Assembly (NCBI GenBank): GCA_002011125.2
Contig: MTMF02000009.1
Location: 840,989-904,988, forward strand
Source of the DNA: Candidatus Hydrothermarchaeum profundi
GTDB lineage: Archaea > Hydrothermarchaeota > Hydrothermarchaeia > Hydrothermarchaeales > Hydrothermarchaeaceae
Length of the DNA: 64,000 bases
Reading direction: 5' to 3'
Each line of letters begins with the position of its first letter. Positions within the stretch are counted from its first letter, which is position 1. Shown in pieces: positions 31,767 to 41,301 of the stretch. The translations under genes were made by a program, and so were the position numbers. Under the pieces are notes generated by a model. The model saw only the letters and a program-made list of their open reading frames with translations, had not been told where the DNA came from and ran no database searches.

Positions 31767-32798
31767 TTAAGAAAAGGTTTTGATTTTCTCAAATCCTTCC
31801 TGCGGCACTAAATTAGTTGGAATAACCGACCAAACGTAAAAGTAGATGAGCATTATTAACAAAGGCGATATCAGTTTGAACTCTTTGGAGTCTAGAATGT
31901 CTTCAAAGGCTATTAGTGCAAATGGGGAAAGCGGTATCAAATATCTGCTGAGATCAGGGTGAACTACGAAAAGTAGGGGGAGGTAGAGAGAGAAGGTAAT
32001 AATAGAGAGGTCTAGATACCTTCTCCTATAAAGGATTACTCCTGCAAGAGCGTAAATTAAATACTGGAAGAGATGATCTTCCCCATATATCAAAATCGAC
32101 GAAAAAGGATAATTAAAAGCAACCAACCCTGCATTCCATTTGAAATAGGAAAATAAATCTCCAAAAGCTAGGTAATGTAGATAGAAATTTAGAAAAAGAG
32201 ATGTTGGGATAATTAAAAAGAGAGGAATTTTTCTATAAAGCCCTCTCCTCAAAGCTAAGATAGCATAGGCTGGAAAAAGGACTATCCCATGAATTCTAGT
32301 GGCTGTCGCAAATGCCGCGGAGAGAGAGCAAACCATTAGCCTTTCCTTCTTGAACATATACAGCGAAAGAAGCAAGGAGAAAAGGAATATTGGCTCCGAT
32401 GCTCCAACGGAATGGTATATTAGCCACCTTGGAGGGAGAAATATGAAAAGCAGGGCGATGAAAAACGGATTCTTTACGTAATTAAATTCTTCAAGAAGAT
32501 AGTAGAACATCAAAACCGACAGAACTGAGAAAATTAAGGTCACAAGAATCATTGAATTGAAAAATCCTATTGGGGAGAAAATACGTATGAGCAGAGGATA
32601 AACTATCAAATGGGTTGAATAATAATATTCAGGCAGGGGAAAAGGGTTTGATTGGATATGATAAAAATTCTGGGCCACTATCACATAAAGAGGGCCATCA
32701 TAATACCTCAAAATAGTATCGAAGTTTCCTAGAAATGGTAAATACACATAGGCAGACGAAGATAATGTTGCTACTATTAGCATAATCTTCTTATTCAT
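31767..32798 (-). CDS. GT-C fold membrane glycosyltransferase (mannosyltransferase-like)
   Basis: YDGPLY after first TM, YPLLIR, SEPIF, TRIHG, SRY; many TMs; AT-rich. Confidence 0.7.
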   Translation of the reverse strand: MNKKIMLIVATLSSSAYVYLPFLGNFDTILRYYDGPLYVIVAQNFYHIQSNPFPLPEYYYSTHLIVYPLLIRIFSPIGFFNSMILVTLIFSVLSVLMFYYLLEEFNYVKNPFFIALLFIFLPPRWLIYHSVGASEPIFLFSLLLSLYMFKKERLMVCSLSAAFATATRIHGIVLFPAYAILALRRGLYRKIPLFLIIPTSLFLNFYLHYLAFGDLFSYFKWNAGLVAFNYPFSSILIYGEDHLFQYLIYALAGVILYRRRYLDLSIITFSLYLPLLFVVHPDLSRYLIPLSPFALIAFEDILDSKEFKLISPLLIMLIYFYVWSVIPTNLVPQEGFEKIKTFS

Positions 32799-32902
32799 AT
32801 TACATACCTTTTAAATAACGAAAAAGAAACTCAATTGAATACGAGACTAATTTCGTATATATAAATATTTTTTTTATTTGTCGTCTTGGCCGCCAAGGAG
32901 GC

Positions 32903-33508
32903 ATGCAGGAGGCTAAAGGAATAAATATAGAGACTGTAGGGAGTTCACTGACGAGAGAGCGAAGGCCCGAAAATGGAGGATCTCCAACTGAGGTCGAGAA
33001 GGTTCTTCAGTGTGTGATCGGAGCCTATGAGTGGGAGAATGGGGAGATACATAGGCTCAGGATAATCTAGAGTCTCTTAAGGAACTACTTATGATAGGAA
33101 AGACAGGCACAGAGAAGAACAGCACTGATCTTACTTTCAGGTTTGTAGGAGAAAAGGGACTCCTCCTTAAGGCATTCAGGTCCTTTACTGAAAAGAGAAG
33201 AAGCTCTATCAGCAGTCGAGGACTTCAAGAAAGTCTTTACGGCAGGCGAGATGGATGTGAAACCTGTCAATTACAAAAAATGTGAGGGCCACGATCCCAG
33301 TGTTGAGAATCTCATAGAGCTGATAGAGATTATAATAATGGACCCGTTCTTAAAGAGTATGATGGCTAGTACTAGGATTAAGCGGATGGAGAAGCTGGGG
33401 GGGACTTGGGGATCTTCTCAGACTCTGGGGATCCCCATGCAGAAGGCATCTTTATACTCAAAGATTAACTCTTGGCAGGGGCGTATTTCAATATATCTCT
33501 TTTACTAA
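32903..33508 (+). pseudogene. Fragmented ORF series (55, 64, 85 aa), probable pseudogene
   Basis: AAGGAGG RBS + ATG at 32903, then short overlapping + strand ORFs interrupted by stops and frameshifts. Confidence 0.4.
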
Positions 33509-33639
33509 AAGTATTTAATATGTTAATATATTGAGATAATTCTGAGGGGATGGACAGCCCAGATAGTACTCCTCTCTCCTCCTTCCCCTCCTCTCCTTCC
33601 TTACTTTTTTTATATATTCATAGAGTTATTTTCTGATAT

Positions 33640-34743
33640 ATGTTTAAAGAAATTCAAGAAGGTAAAACTAGGTTATTGGTTCCAATTAAAGAGTCACCCC
33701 TAGTAGAGAAACCTCCCGTCTTTTATAATCCACGAATGAAACTCAATAGAGATATCTGCTGTTCTGTTGTAAAAGTTCTAATGAAAAAGGAGGATATCAC
33801 CTTCGCTGACTTGTTGGCAGGTACTGGAGCCAAGGGTATTAGAGTTGCTAATGAGACTGGATGTAAGGTGCATCTTAATGATGCAAATACTGAGGCTTAT
33901 CATCTAATTCTAAAAAATGCGAAACTTAATAATTTACGGGTATATATCTCAAATAAAGAAGCTAATTTATTCCTACACGAAAAAGGGAGATTTGAATTTA
34001 TAGACATAGACCCTTTTGGCACGCCGGTTCCTTTCTTAGACGCTGCAGTTATGAGGGTCAAAAGGACCGGATATCTCGGAGTAACGGCGACTGATACAGC
34101 ACCACTTTGTGGGGTGTACCCTAAGACATGTTATCGAAAATATGGGGCGATTCCCATTAGATCAGAGTTTTGCCATGAGATTGGTCTGCGGATATTACTT
34201 GGATATATAGCTAAGACCGCTGCAAAATATGGTAGAGGGATTAATTGTCTTATCAGTCATTCTACTGACCATTACTTTAGGATATACGTGCAGTTATCTG
34301 AAGGAAACACAATAGCAAAAAAAGCCTTGGAAAATTTAGGCTATGTGTATTATTGCAGAAAATGCAAAATCCGGGAGTATGAAAAAGGAGTTTTTCCATC
34401 TTCTAAAAAATGCAACTGTGATAGATCTTACGAAGTAGGCGGTCCGCTTTGGTTAGGAAAAATAAAAGACCAAAAGTTTAGCAGTGCCGTGTTAAAAGAA
34501 TCTGAGTATTTAAACGACAGGAGACTTCATAACCTCCTTACCCTAATTTGTGAGGAAGTAGAAATACCCTTCTACTATGATATCCACAAGCTCTGCAAAT
34601 CTCTTAAAAGAAGTGCACCGCCGATAGACAAGATCATTTCAAAATTGAGAAGTAAAGGATACATAGCTTCTAGGACTCATTTTTCTCCGACGAGCATTAA
34701 AACAGATGCTCCAATTGAGGAATTAAATTTCATCCTCCTCTAA
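33640..34743 (+). CDS. trm1: tRNA (guanine26-N2)-dimethyltransferase
   Basis: PVFYNPRMKLNRD, IDIDPFGTP, VTATD, HEIGLRIL, GPLWLG, SRTHF. Confidence 0.95.
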   Translation: MFKEIQEGKTRLLVPIKESPLVEKPPVFYNPRMKLNRDICCSVVKVLMKKEDITFADLLAGTGAKGIRVANETGCKVHLNDANTEAYHLILKNAKLNNLRVYISNKEANLFLHEKGRFEFIDIDPFGTPVPFLDAAVMRVKRTGYLGVTATDTAPLCGVYPKTCYRKYGAIPIRSEFCHEIGLRILLGYIAKTAAKYGRGINCLISHSTDHYFRIYVQLSEGNTIAKKALENLGYVYYCRKCKIREYEKGVFPSSKKCNCDRSYEVGGPLWLGKIKDQKFSSAVLKESEYLNDRRLHNLLTLICEEVEIPFYYDIHKLCKSLKRSAPPIDKIISKLRSKGYIASRTHFSPTSIKTDAPIEELNFILL

Positions 34744-34857
34744 GCAATACTCGCAGAGCATTTCAACAGGGTCTCCACATTTGTCGCAGAACTCTATACT
34801 GCACTGTGAGCACTTGTATATCGTTGTTTTATCGTTGCATATACCACATTCCTTCAT
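34723..34857 (-). CDS. 44-aa four-CxxC zinc-finger microprotein (not in ORF track)
   Basis: MKECGICNDKTTIYKCSQCSIEFCDKCGDPVEMLCEYCLEEDEI*; ATG 1 nt after rlmE stop; similar ORF at 42630. Confidence 0.85.
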   Translation of the reverse strand: MKECGICNDKTTIYKCSQCSIEFCDKCGDPVEMLCEYCLEEDEI

Positions 34858-34858
34858 G

Positions 34859-35479
34859 CTATCTACCTACTTCTTTTGGATATTTAAATCCTTTTCCAAT
34901 TATGTAGATCTCAGCGCTTTTTCCCCTAGAGGCTTTAGGTTTAGTTCTCTTAGCTAACGTAAAATTGTCTTTTACTTCCTTAAAGAAATCATCTACTTCC
35001 CGCCCTTGGAATATTTTCACTAGAAAGTTTCCTCTATTTCTGAGAACCATAGTTGCAATCTCTAAGGCACTTCTACACAACTCTACCGACCGATAGTGAT
35101 CGATATCCCAAACCCCTGAGATATTGGGTGAGGCATCAGATATCACAGCATCGACATATCCTACTGTATCAATTATTTTCTGTACCGTCTCTTTATTGGT
35201 GAAGTCGCCTTTTAGTGTTATGACATTATCAAATCCAAGTTCTTCTATTTCTTCCAAATCCACTCCTAACACGAAGCCCTCTTTAGCTACCAGCTCTCTA
35301 GTAACTTGCATCCATCCCCCCGGGGCAGCTCCTAAGTCAACGACCTTATAGCCTCTCCTAATTAAATCGAATTTTCTGTTTAACTGCTTCAACTTATAGG
35401 CGGCTCTAGAACGGTATCTCTCTCTTTTTGCCTTTTTATAATAGTATTCGTTTTTCTTATCTTTATACCATCGTGTCAT
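34859..35479 (-). CDS. rlmE: 23S rRNA 2'-O-methyltransferase RlmE/FtsJ
   Basis: YRSRAAYKL, DLGAAPGGW, SDASPN, KPKASR..SAEIY. Confidence 0.96.
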   Translation of the reverse strand: MTRWYKDKKNEYYYKKAKRERYRSRAAYKLKQLNRKFDLIRRGYKVVDLGAAPGGWMQVTRELVAKEGFVLGVDLEEIEELGFDNVITLKGDFTNKETVQKIIDTVGYVDAVISDASPNISGVWDIDHYRSVELCRSALEIATMVLRNRGNFLVKIFQGREVDDFFKEVKDNFTLAKRTKPKASRGKSAEIYIIGKGFKYPKEVGR

Positions 35480-35480
35480 T

Positions 35481-35861
35481 TTATTTCTCCAGCATTATCA
35501 CGAGTTCCTCATTCTCAAGCCGTTTCTCTACTATCCTATATTCTTTTGGTATCGCAAAGAGCTTGAAGTATACTTTATCCCCTTTTTTGGCTCTAACTTC
35601 CAGTGAGTTCTCAAGTCTCTTAATATCAACATCTCTTAGGGATACTTCAGGTATTTTTACCCACACCACTATAGAGTGATTTTTTCTAAGGATTTTAGAA
35701 TGCGGCTCTACAACCTCCTTATGACCGATTCTTTTAGCTTTCCTCTTGTTTATCTCCTCTTCTAACTTAAATCTGACTTCGTCAAAAAAACTCTTAAAAA
35801 TGAAAAAAAGCAGTATCAACCCCAAAATCAATGGGATCAATCTTAGGAGAAACATGACCAT
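35481..35861 (-). CDS. Membrane-anchored Hsp20/alpha-crystallin-like protein
   Basis: N-terminal TM, then VKIPEVSLRDVDIKRLENSLEVRAKKGDKVYFK..ENEELVI (Hsp20/GvpH-like). Confidence 0.6.
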   Translation of the reverse strand: MVMFLLRLIPLILGLILLFFIFKSFFDEVRFKLEEEINKRKAKRIGHKEVVEPHSKILRKNHSIVVWVKIPEVSLRDVDIKRLENSLEVRAKKGDKVYFKLFAIPKEYRIVEKRLENEELVIMLEK

Positions 35862-38491
35862 CAGGATTTCCCCTTCAACTCTTTTAATATCTCTTCAAGT
35901 TTAGTTAACTCTTCTCCATATTTTGCCCAGTTACCCTCCCGCAAGTATTCCTTGGCTTTATCGTAATGTGTTAGCGCCTCACTTATCAGTTCTTCTACGG
36001 TCTTTTCCCCCATCTTTTTGACTACAACTTTCTTAGGCGCTTTGCCAAAAATAACTTCTAATGATTCCTCGAGGGTTTCCTGCATTGTTAGCCTATCCCC
36101 GTAAGCTACTATAACTCTCTTTAACTCTGGAAGCGAGCCTTCTTGTTCAGCTCTCAAATATATCGGTTCGACATAAAGCAATGATTTTTTCACCGGTATC
36201 ACAAGAAGATTACCTCTCAAAACCCTAGAACCTGCTTGGCTCCAAAGGGTGAATCTTTGTGATATTTCAGCATCTTGATCTATTCTTGCTTCTATTTGAA
36301 TAGGACCATATACGAGCTTACCTTTGGGGAAAATATAAACAATCTTGTGGCCGTAGTTAGGCACATCTCCCCTAGCCGCTAGCCAAGCTATCATATTGTT
36401 TTTTCCTCTCGGCGTGAAGGGTGTAAGTATTATAAATTCTTCTTTTTCCTCCCCTGGTAGTTTCGTTATAAGATAATACGGCTCTAATTTGATCCTGTTT
36501 CCCTCATATATCTCTTCAGGAATATCCCATGCGTCCTCTCTATTGTAGAAAACTCTAGGATCTTTCATATGGTAGACAGCATATTTCTCTGCCTGTATTT
36601 TGAATAAATCTTCAGGATACCTTATATGCATCTTGGGATCCTTCGGCATTTCAGAAAATGGCTTGAAAAGCTTTGGGAATATGTTCATGTAGGTGCTTAT
36701 AATAGGATCTTCTTCAACAACATAGAAATCTGTGTCTCCATTATATGCGTCTATAGTAATTTTTACTGTGTTTCTGATGTAATTATATCCTCCAGTAGGC
36801 TCAGAGTAGGGGTATCTATTTGTAACGGTATATGCATCTAGCATCCAATATAATCTCCCATCGGAAGACACAACTAGGTAGGGGTCGCTGTCATAAACTA
36901 AAAATGGAGCTATAGCGTTAACTCTTTCCATTATGTTTCTATTGAAAATGATCCTACTCTCACTTGTTACGGAGTTACTTACGAGAATCCTGAGTGTGTT
37001 GAATCTAAATGCCATAGCCATTTTTCTAATGTAAGATGAGAGTGGAATTCCTCCTGTGCCTTGATAGGTTGTATAGACTCCAAGATCTCCTCTGGGATAG
37101 TCGAATTCTTCGGTCGTCGTTTTAACTATCACATAATCTTTCACAATTTCTCCGTAGTATATTTCCGGCCTTGTGATATTGAAGTAGGGAGATACTGGAG
37201 GTATATCTTTAATATAAAAAATTGGCAATCCTTCACTAGAAACCTCTCTCACAGGGCTCATCGCAAGTCCATATCCGTGAGTGAAAGTAAGTCTTTCTTT
37301 AACCCACGACCTCTCTTGGAGAAGTTCTGGGTTAATCTCCCTCGCTGAAAGCATAACTTGTTTGTAGTCTCCGTTAATGTAATATCTATCAACGTCTACA
37401 TCGTTGAACTCGTAGTAAGTTCGTATCAACTGGACCTGCCGATAGGTTCTCATGAGAGGACGCCAGTCCCACAATCGTATATTATCTATTATCTGAGAAT
37501 TATTTGCAATATCCTCGTATGTGAGATCTAAAGCGGCTGGAAATTCGATCTCTTCGATGTCGGTAAGACCGTATGCATATCTTGTCGCATCAATATTGTA
37601 CTTCAGATACTCTTTCTCGAGATTAAACTCATCGGGTGAGACCTCATATTGTTGAACTATCCCCGCGATACTATTACCTATTATCCCAACCACAATTAAG
37701 AGGGCTATTCCAGCAGCCGGGATTTTAATGTTCCTAACTCTCATGGTTGCGAAGAAGGCCAGAGCCACAAATAGAGAAAGGATCGCTGTGAAGGTTATAA
37801 GAGGGAGCTGGACTTTTATATCTGTATAACCGGCACCATAAACTGCGCCTCTAGTTGAATAGAGTATGGAATACCTATCCAGTACATATCCGATGGATAT
37901 CAGGAGGAATATTATGCCAACCAATAAATATAGATGGTTTAATGCGGATTTTTCGAGCTTCGGATATTCTATTCCGTACCTTCCATATTCGTCTTTCACA
38001 ATAGCGCCGCTAAATAGCATATAAAAACCAAAAGACATTAGGGCAACTATACCTATCCCAAAAAGGAGGATGTTTTTAATGTAAAAATAAAAGGGAAGGG
38101 TGAAAACATAGAAACTTATATCTTTATTGAAAATAGGGTCTGCGATATTAAAGGGGACTTGGTTTTTGTACTTTAAAACCGTCTCCCATCCTACGGTGGA
38201 GACAAGTCCCATGAAAATAGCGAAAATTAGAATAACGGTTAAAGTTATAGGGGTAAAGCCTGCGCCTTCTCCTAATGAGGCTTTCATCGCCCATTTCACA
38301 TTTATATAGGCTAATACGAAAAATAAGACGCCCCATATAATGGCGAGAGTTACTTTAGTTTCTAAAATAGTTAAGAAAACGCTTAGATACCCCACTTCTG
38401 TAAACCACAAGTAGTCTACGTAGAATCCTATTAATGCCGGTATGAATAGAAAGGAAGCTACTATTAGGCCTATGATGAGTTTGAAGTTCAT
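35861..38491 (-). CDS. UPF0182 family membrane protein
   Basis: DYLWFTEVGY, DPIFNKDISFYVF, GAGYTD, NIRLWD, DVDRY, FTHGYG, YIRNTVK, GNLLVIP. Confidence 0.95.
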   Translation of the reverse strand: MNFKLIIGLIVASFLFIPALIGFYVDYLWFTEVGYLSVFLTILETKVTLAIIWGVLFFVLAYINVKWAMKASLGEGAGFTPITLTVILIFAIFMGLVSTVGWETVLKYKNQVPFNIADPIFNKDISFYVFTLPFYFYIKNILLFGIGIVALMSFGFYMLFSGAIVKDEYGRYGIEYPKLEKSALNHLYLLVGIIFLLISIGYVLDRYSILYSTRGAVYGAGYTDIKVQLPLITFTAILSLFVALAFFATMRVRNIKIPAAGIALLIVVGIIGNSIAGIVQQYEVSPDEFNLEKEYLKYNIDATRYAYGLTDIEEIEFPAALDLTYEDIANNSQIIDNIRLWDWRPLMRTYRQVQLIRTYYEFNDVDVDRYYINGDYKQVMLSAREINPELLQERSWVKERLTFTHGYGLAMSPVREVSSEGLPIFYIKDIPPVSPYFNITRPEIYYGEIVKDYVIVKTTTEEFDYPRGDLGVYTTYQGTGGIPLSSYIRKMAMAFRFNTLRILVSNSVTSESRIIFNRNIMERVNAIAPFLVYDSDPYLVVSSDGRLYWMLDAYTVTNRYPYSEPTGGYNYIRNTVKITIDAYNGDTDFYVVEEDPIISTYMNIFPKLFKPFSEMPKDPKMHIRYPEDLFKIQAEKYAVYHMKDPRVFYNREDAWDIPEEIYEGNRIKLEPYYLITKLPGEEKEEFIILTPFTPRGKNNMIAWLAARGDVPNYGHKIVYIFPKGKLVYGPIQIEARIDQDAEISQRFTLWSQAGSRVLRGNLLVIPVKKSLLYVEPIYLRAEQEGSLPELKRVIVAYGDRLTMQETLEESLEVIFGKAPKKVVVKKMGEKTVEELISEALTHYDKAKEYLREGNWAKYGEELTKLEEILKELKGKS

Positions 38492-38591
38492 GGAATTAAT
38501 GTAAAATTTATAGTATATATGGATTTAGGATGCAATATGTAAAGACAACCCATATTTGAAATGACACTACAATAAAATTTTTATACGATAA

Positions 38592-38615
38592 TTTAGTAAC
38601 TTTTTGTAGAAAAAA
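38592..38615. promoter_or_regulatory. Phr-type heat-shock repressor operator (candidate)
   Basis: TTTAGTAACTTTTTGTAGAAAAAA vs Thermococcales consensus TTTAnnnACnnnnnGTnAnnAAAA (one mismatch); just downstream of a TTTTTATA box at about 38578-38585. Confidence 0.55.
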
Positions 38616-38894
38616 GGTGGGCACTAGAACTTTCGTGATGTTGCAAATCTAGGTCTGCGACATCTAACATGATGTTGATAGGCCTTCTTTGAAGTAGCTA
38701 AAAAATTCTGGAGGTACTTTCATGAAGGTTCTGGTGAATGGTCGGGGTAAAAATTTAAAGCAGGGTATAGTAGGGGTCTTGTATCAAGTACTACCTCTAA
38801 TTAATCAGGGAAGACTATCGAAGTATAATTACCAGAGTTATTCTGTGCTGACTCTTACTTTTAATACTTAAATAATAAGTAGGAGGTGAAGGCG

Positions 38895-39998
38895 TTGGGA
38901 AAGGTAAAAGTAGCTATAGCTGGCGTGGGCAATTGTGCCTCATCTTTAGTGCAAGGTGTGGAATACTATAAAGACGCAGACCCAGAGGACTTTATACCCG
39001 GGCTTATGCACGTAAATTTTGGGGGATACCACATTTCTGATATAGAATTCGTTGCAGCCTTTGATGTAAATGCAAATAAAGTAGGAAAAGATTTAAGCGA
39101 AGCTATCTTTACTGAACCCAACTGCACCACAAAGTTTTCAGAAGTTCCCTATTTAGGAGTAGAAGTTCAAAAAGCTCCAGTAATGGATGGAATAGGTAAA
39201 TACCTGAGGGGGGTCGTTCCTATAGACAAGCATCAAGAGCCAGTGGATGTGGTGGAAGTCTTAGAAGATGCTGGAGCTGATATATTAGTAAATTATCTAC
39301 CGGTAGGAAGCGCTAAATCAACACAATTCTATGCACAGGCAGCCATAGATGCCGGATGTGGTTTTGTAAACTGTATACCAGAATTTATAGCCTCCGACCA
39401 AAAGTGGGCGGACATGTTCGATAAGGCAGGGCTCCCTGTTGCAGGCGATGACATAAAGAGTCAGGTCGGTGCAACGATATTACACAGAACATTGATTCAG
39501 TTGCTGAAGGATAGGGGAGTTAAGGTCAAGAAGACTTATCAGCTTAATATCGGAGGAAATACCGATTTCCAGAATATGCTACAAGAGTCCCGGCTGAAAT
39601 CAAAGAGAATATCCAAAACAGAGGCAGTGACCTCTATCTTAGACTACGATTTTCCAACAAGGATAGGTCCAAGCGATTATGTACCTTTCTTGAATGATAA
39701 TAAACAGGCCTTTATACATGTAGAGGGGGAGAAGTTTGGTGGTGTGCCGTTAACTATCGATCTACGGCTGTCAGTAGAAGACTCTCCAAACAGCGCTGGG
39801 GTATCTGTGGATGCGATAAGAGCAGTAAAGATAGCGTTGGATAATGGCGTATCAGGACCATTGGAGGGCGTTTCAGCATATTTCTTCAAGCATCCACCGG
39901 TCCAGTATCCAGATAGGATAGCGAGACAAATGGTCGAAGAATTTATAGAGAAATACAGTGTTTCTCCAAAAGTTGCTCCAGAGATTGAAGTTCCCTGA
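38895..39998 (+). CDS. ino1: myo-inositol-1-phosphate synthase
   Basis: GVGNCASSLVQG, NYLPVGS, GDDIKSQVGAT, GGNTDF, DSPNSAG; TTG start after AGGAGGTGA. Confidence 0.96.
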   Translation: MGKVKVAIAGVGNCASSLVQGVEYYKDADPEDFIPGLMHVNFGGYHISDIEFVAAFDVNANKVGKDLSEAIFTEPNCTTKFSEVPYLGVEVQKAPVMDGIGKYLRGVVPIDKHQEPVDVVEVLEDAGADILVNYLPVGSAKSTQFYAQAAIDAGCGFVNCIPEFIASDQKWADMFDKAGLPVAGDDIKSQVGATILHRTLIQLLKDRGVKVKKTYQLNIGGNTDFQNMLQESRLKSKRISKTEAVTSILDYDFPTRIGPSDYVPFLNDNKQAFIHVEGEKFGGVPLTIDLRLSVEDSPNSAGVSVDAIRAVKIALDNGVSGPLEGVSAYFFKHPPVQYPDRIARQMVEEFIEKYSVSPKVAPEIEVP

Positions 39999-40008
39999 GT
40001 TGAATAAA

Positions 40009-41301
40009 ATGGGGGGTTTAAAAATTAAGGCGGTCATACTGGCTGCCGGGAAAGGCGAGAGGTTCGGGGATAGTTTGCCTAAGCCTCTCGCGAAACTCTT
40101 TGAAAAGCCATTGATAGAGTATATAATAGAGAGCTTAGAAAAAGTTGGTATTTCCGAGATAATTGTTGTATACCATGATGAAAGAGTTCGAGATTTTGTG
40201 CGGAGCAGATGTAAAACCGTCTACAACCCGCATGTTGAAAGAGGAGAAGGTTATTCTCTCTTACTAGGTGCAAAAGCATCTGGAGGCGGTCCATTTCTAC
40301 TTTTAATGTCAGATCATTTTTTTGATAGAGAAATTCTTAGTAGACTCTTAAATTCTAACACAAAAAGCACTACTCTCTGTATTGACAAGGATATCTATGA
40401 TAAAGACTTGGATGAAGCAACTAAAGTTCTAGTGGAAGGCTCTAAAATAATAAGTATAGGAAAAAATATAAAGAAATTTAATGCTATAGACACAGGGATT
40501 TTTCTCTGCACTAATGAAGTAACCGAGATCGCTGGGGAGTTTGAGGGTAAGTTTACTGTGACCGATGTAATGAGTAAACTATCTCAAAAGGGAAAACTAT
40601 TGGCATGCGATGTAACAGGATTCTTTTGGCGTGATATAGATACAAAAGAGGAACTCATAAAAGTAGAGAATTTTATTTTAAAATCGTTGGTGAAACCTTC
40701 TGATGGCATTATTTCGAGGCATATTAACAGGAAGCTTTCTATACCTCTTTCAAGATTGCTCGTAAAGACTAGGATAACTCCGAATCAAATGACTTTTGTT
40801 TCATTCTTTTTCGGCATCCTATCCGCAGTTCTCTTTGGGTTGAATAAAAATATATATGCCGGTATATTCGCACAGATTACCTCAATATTAGATGGATGCG
40901 ATGGCGAAATAGCGAGAATAAAGGGCACGGAATCAAAGTTTGGAGCATATTTTGATTCTATCACAGATAGATACGCGGATATCGCTATTATCCTTGGCAT
41001 GATTGCCACAGCACCTGACAAGCTCTGGCTTATAGGAAGCCTAGCTCTTTTGGGTACTTACTCTATAAGCTATAGCGTTTCAAGGATGGAGACTTTAGCA
41101 AACAAGAGGTTTATTGGCGGTATAGCGGGATTTATGACGCGAGATGTTAGACTCTTTATAATAATGATAGGGGGCCTCTTTAACCAAATATTTCTGACTC
41201 TCTTAATTCTCGCAATTTTCACGAATTTCGTAGTGTTATCAAGGATACTTAGTGCTAGAAAGGTGATGGAACATGTCTCGCTTACTAAGCAAGGCATGTA
41301 G
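40009..41301 (+). CDS. Bifunctional inositol-1-P cytidylyltransferase / di-myo-inositol-phosphate-phosphate synthase (IPCT/DIPPS)
   Basis: N-terminal LAAGKGERF..PKPL NTP transferase, MSDH; C-terminal DGIISRHINRKLS, TPNQMT, DGCDGEIAR..GAYFDSITD; follows ino1. Confidence 0.92.
   Translation: MGGLKIKAVILAAGKGERFGDSLPKPLAKLFEKPLIEYIIESLEKVGISEIIVVYHDERVRDFVRSRCKTVYNPHVERGEGYSLLLGAKASGGGPFLLLMSDHFFDREILSRLLNSNTKSTTLCIDKDIYDKDLDEATKVLVEGSKIISIGKNIKKFNAIDTGIFLCTNEVTEIAGEFEGKFTVTDVMSKLSQKGKLLACDVTGFFWRDIDTKEELIKVENFILKSLVKPSDGIISRHINRKLSIPLSRLLVKTRITPNQMTFVSFFFGILSAVLFGLNKNIYAGIFAQITSILDGCDGEIARIKGTESKFGAYFDSITDRYADIAIILGMIATAPDKLWLIGSLALLGTYSISYSVSRMETLANKRFIGGIAGFMTRDVRLFIIMIGGLFNQIFLTLLILAIFTNFVVLSRILSARKVMEHVSLTKQGM

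Noticed and set aside
33240-33300. CETCQLQK(K)C motif as a transposase or SPASM fragment
   Set aside because: Needs a frameshift, and no DDE motif or terminal inverted repeats are recognisable, so no IS call was made
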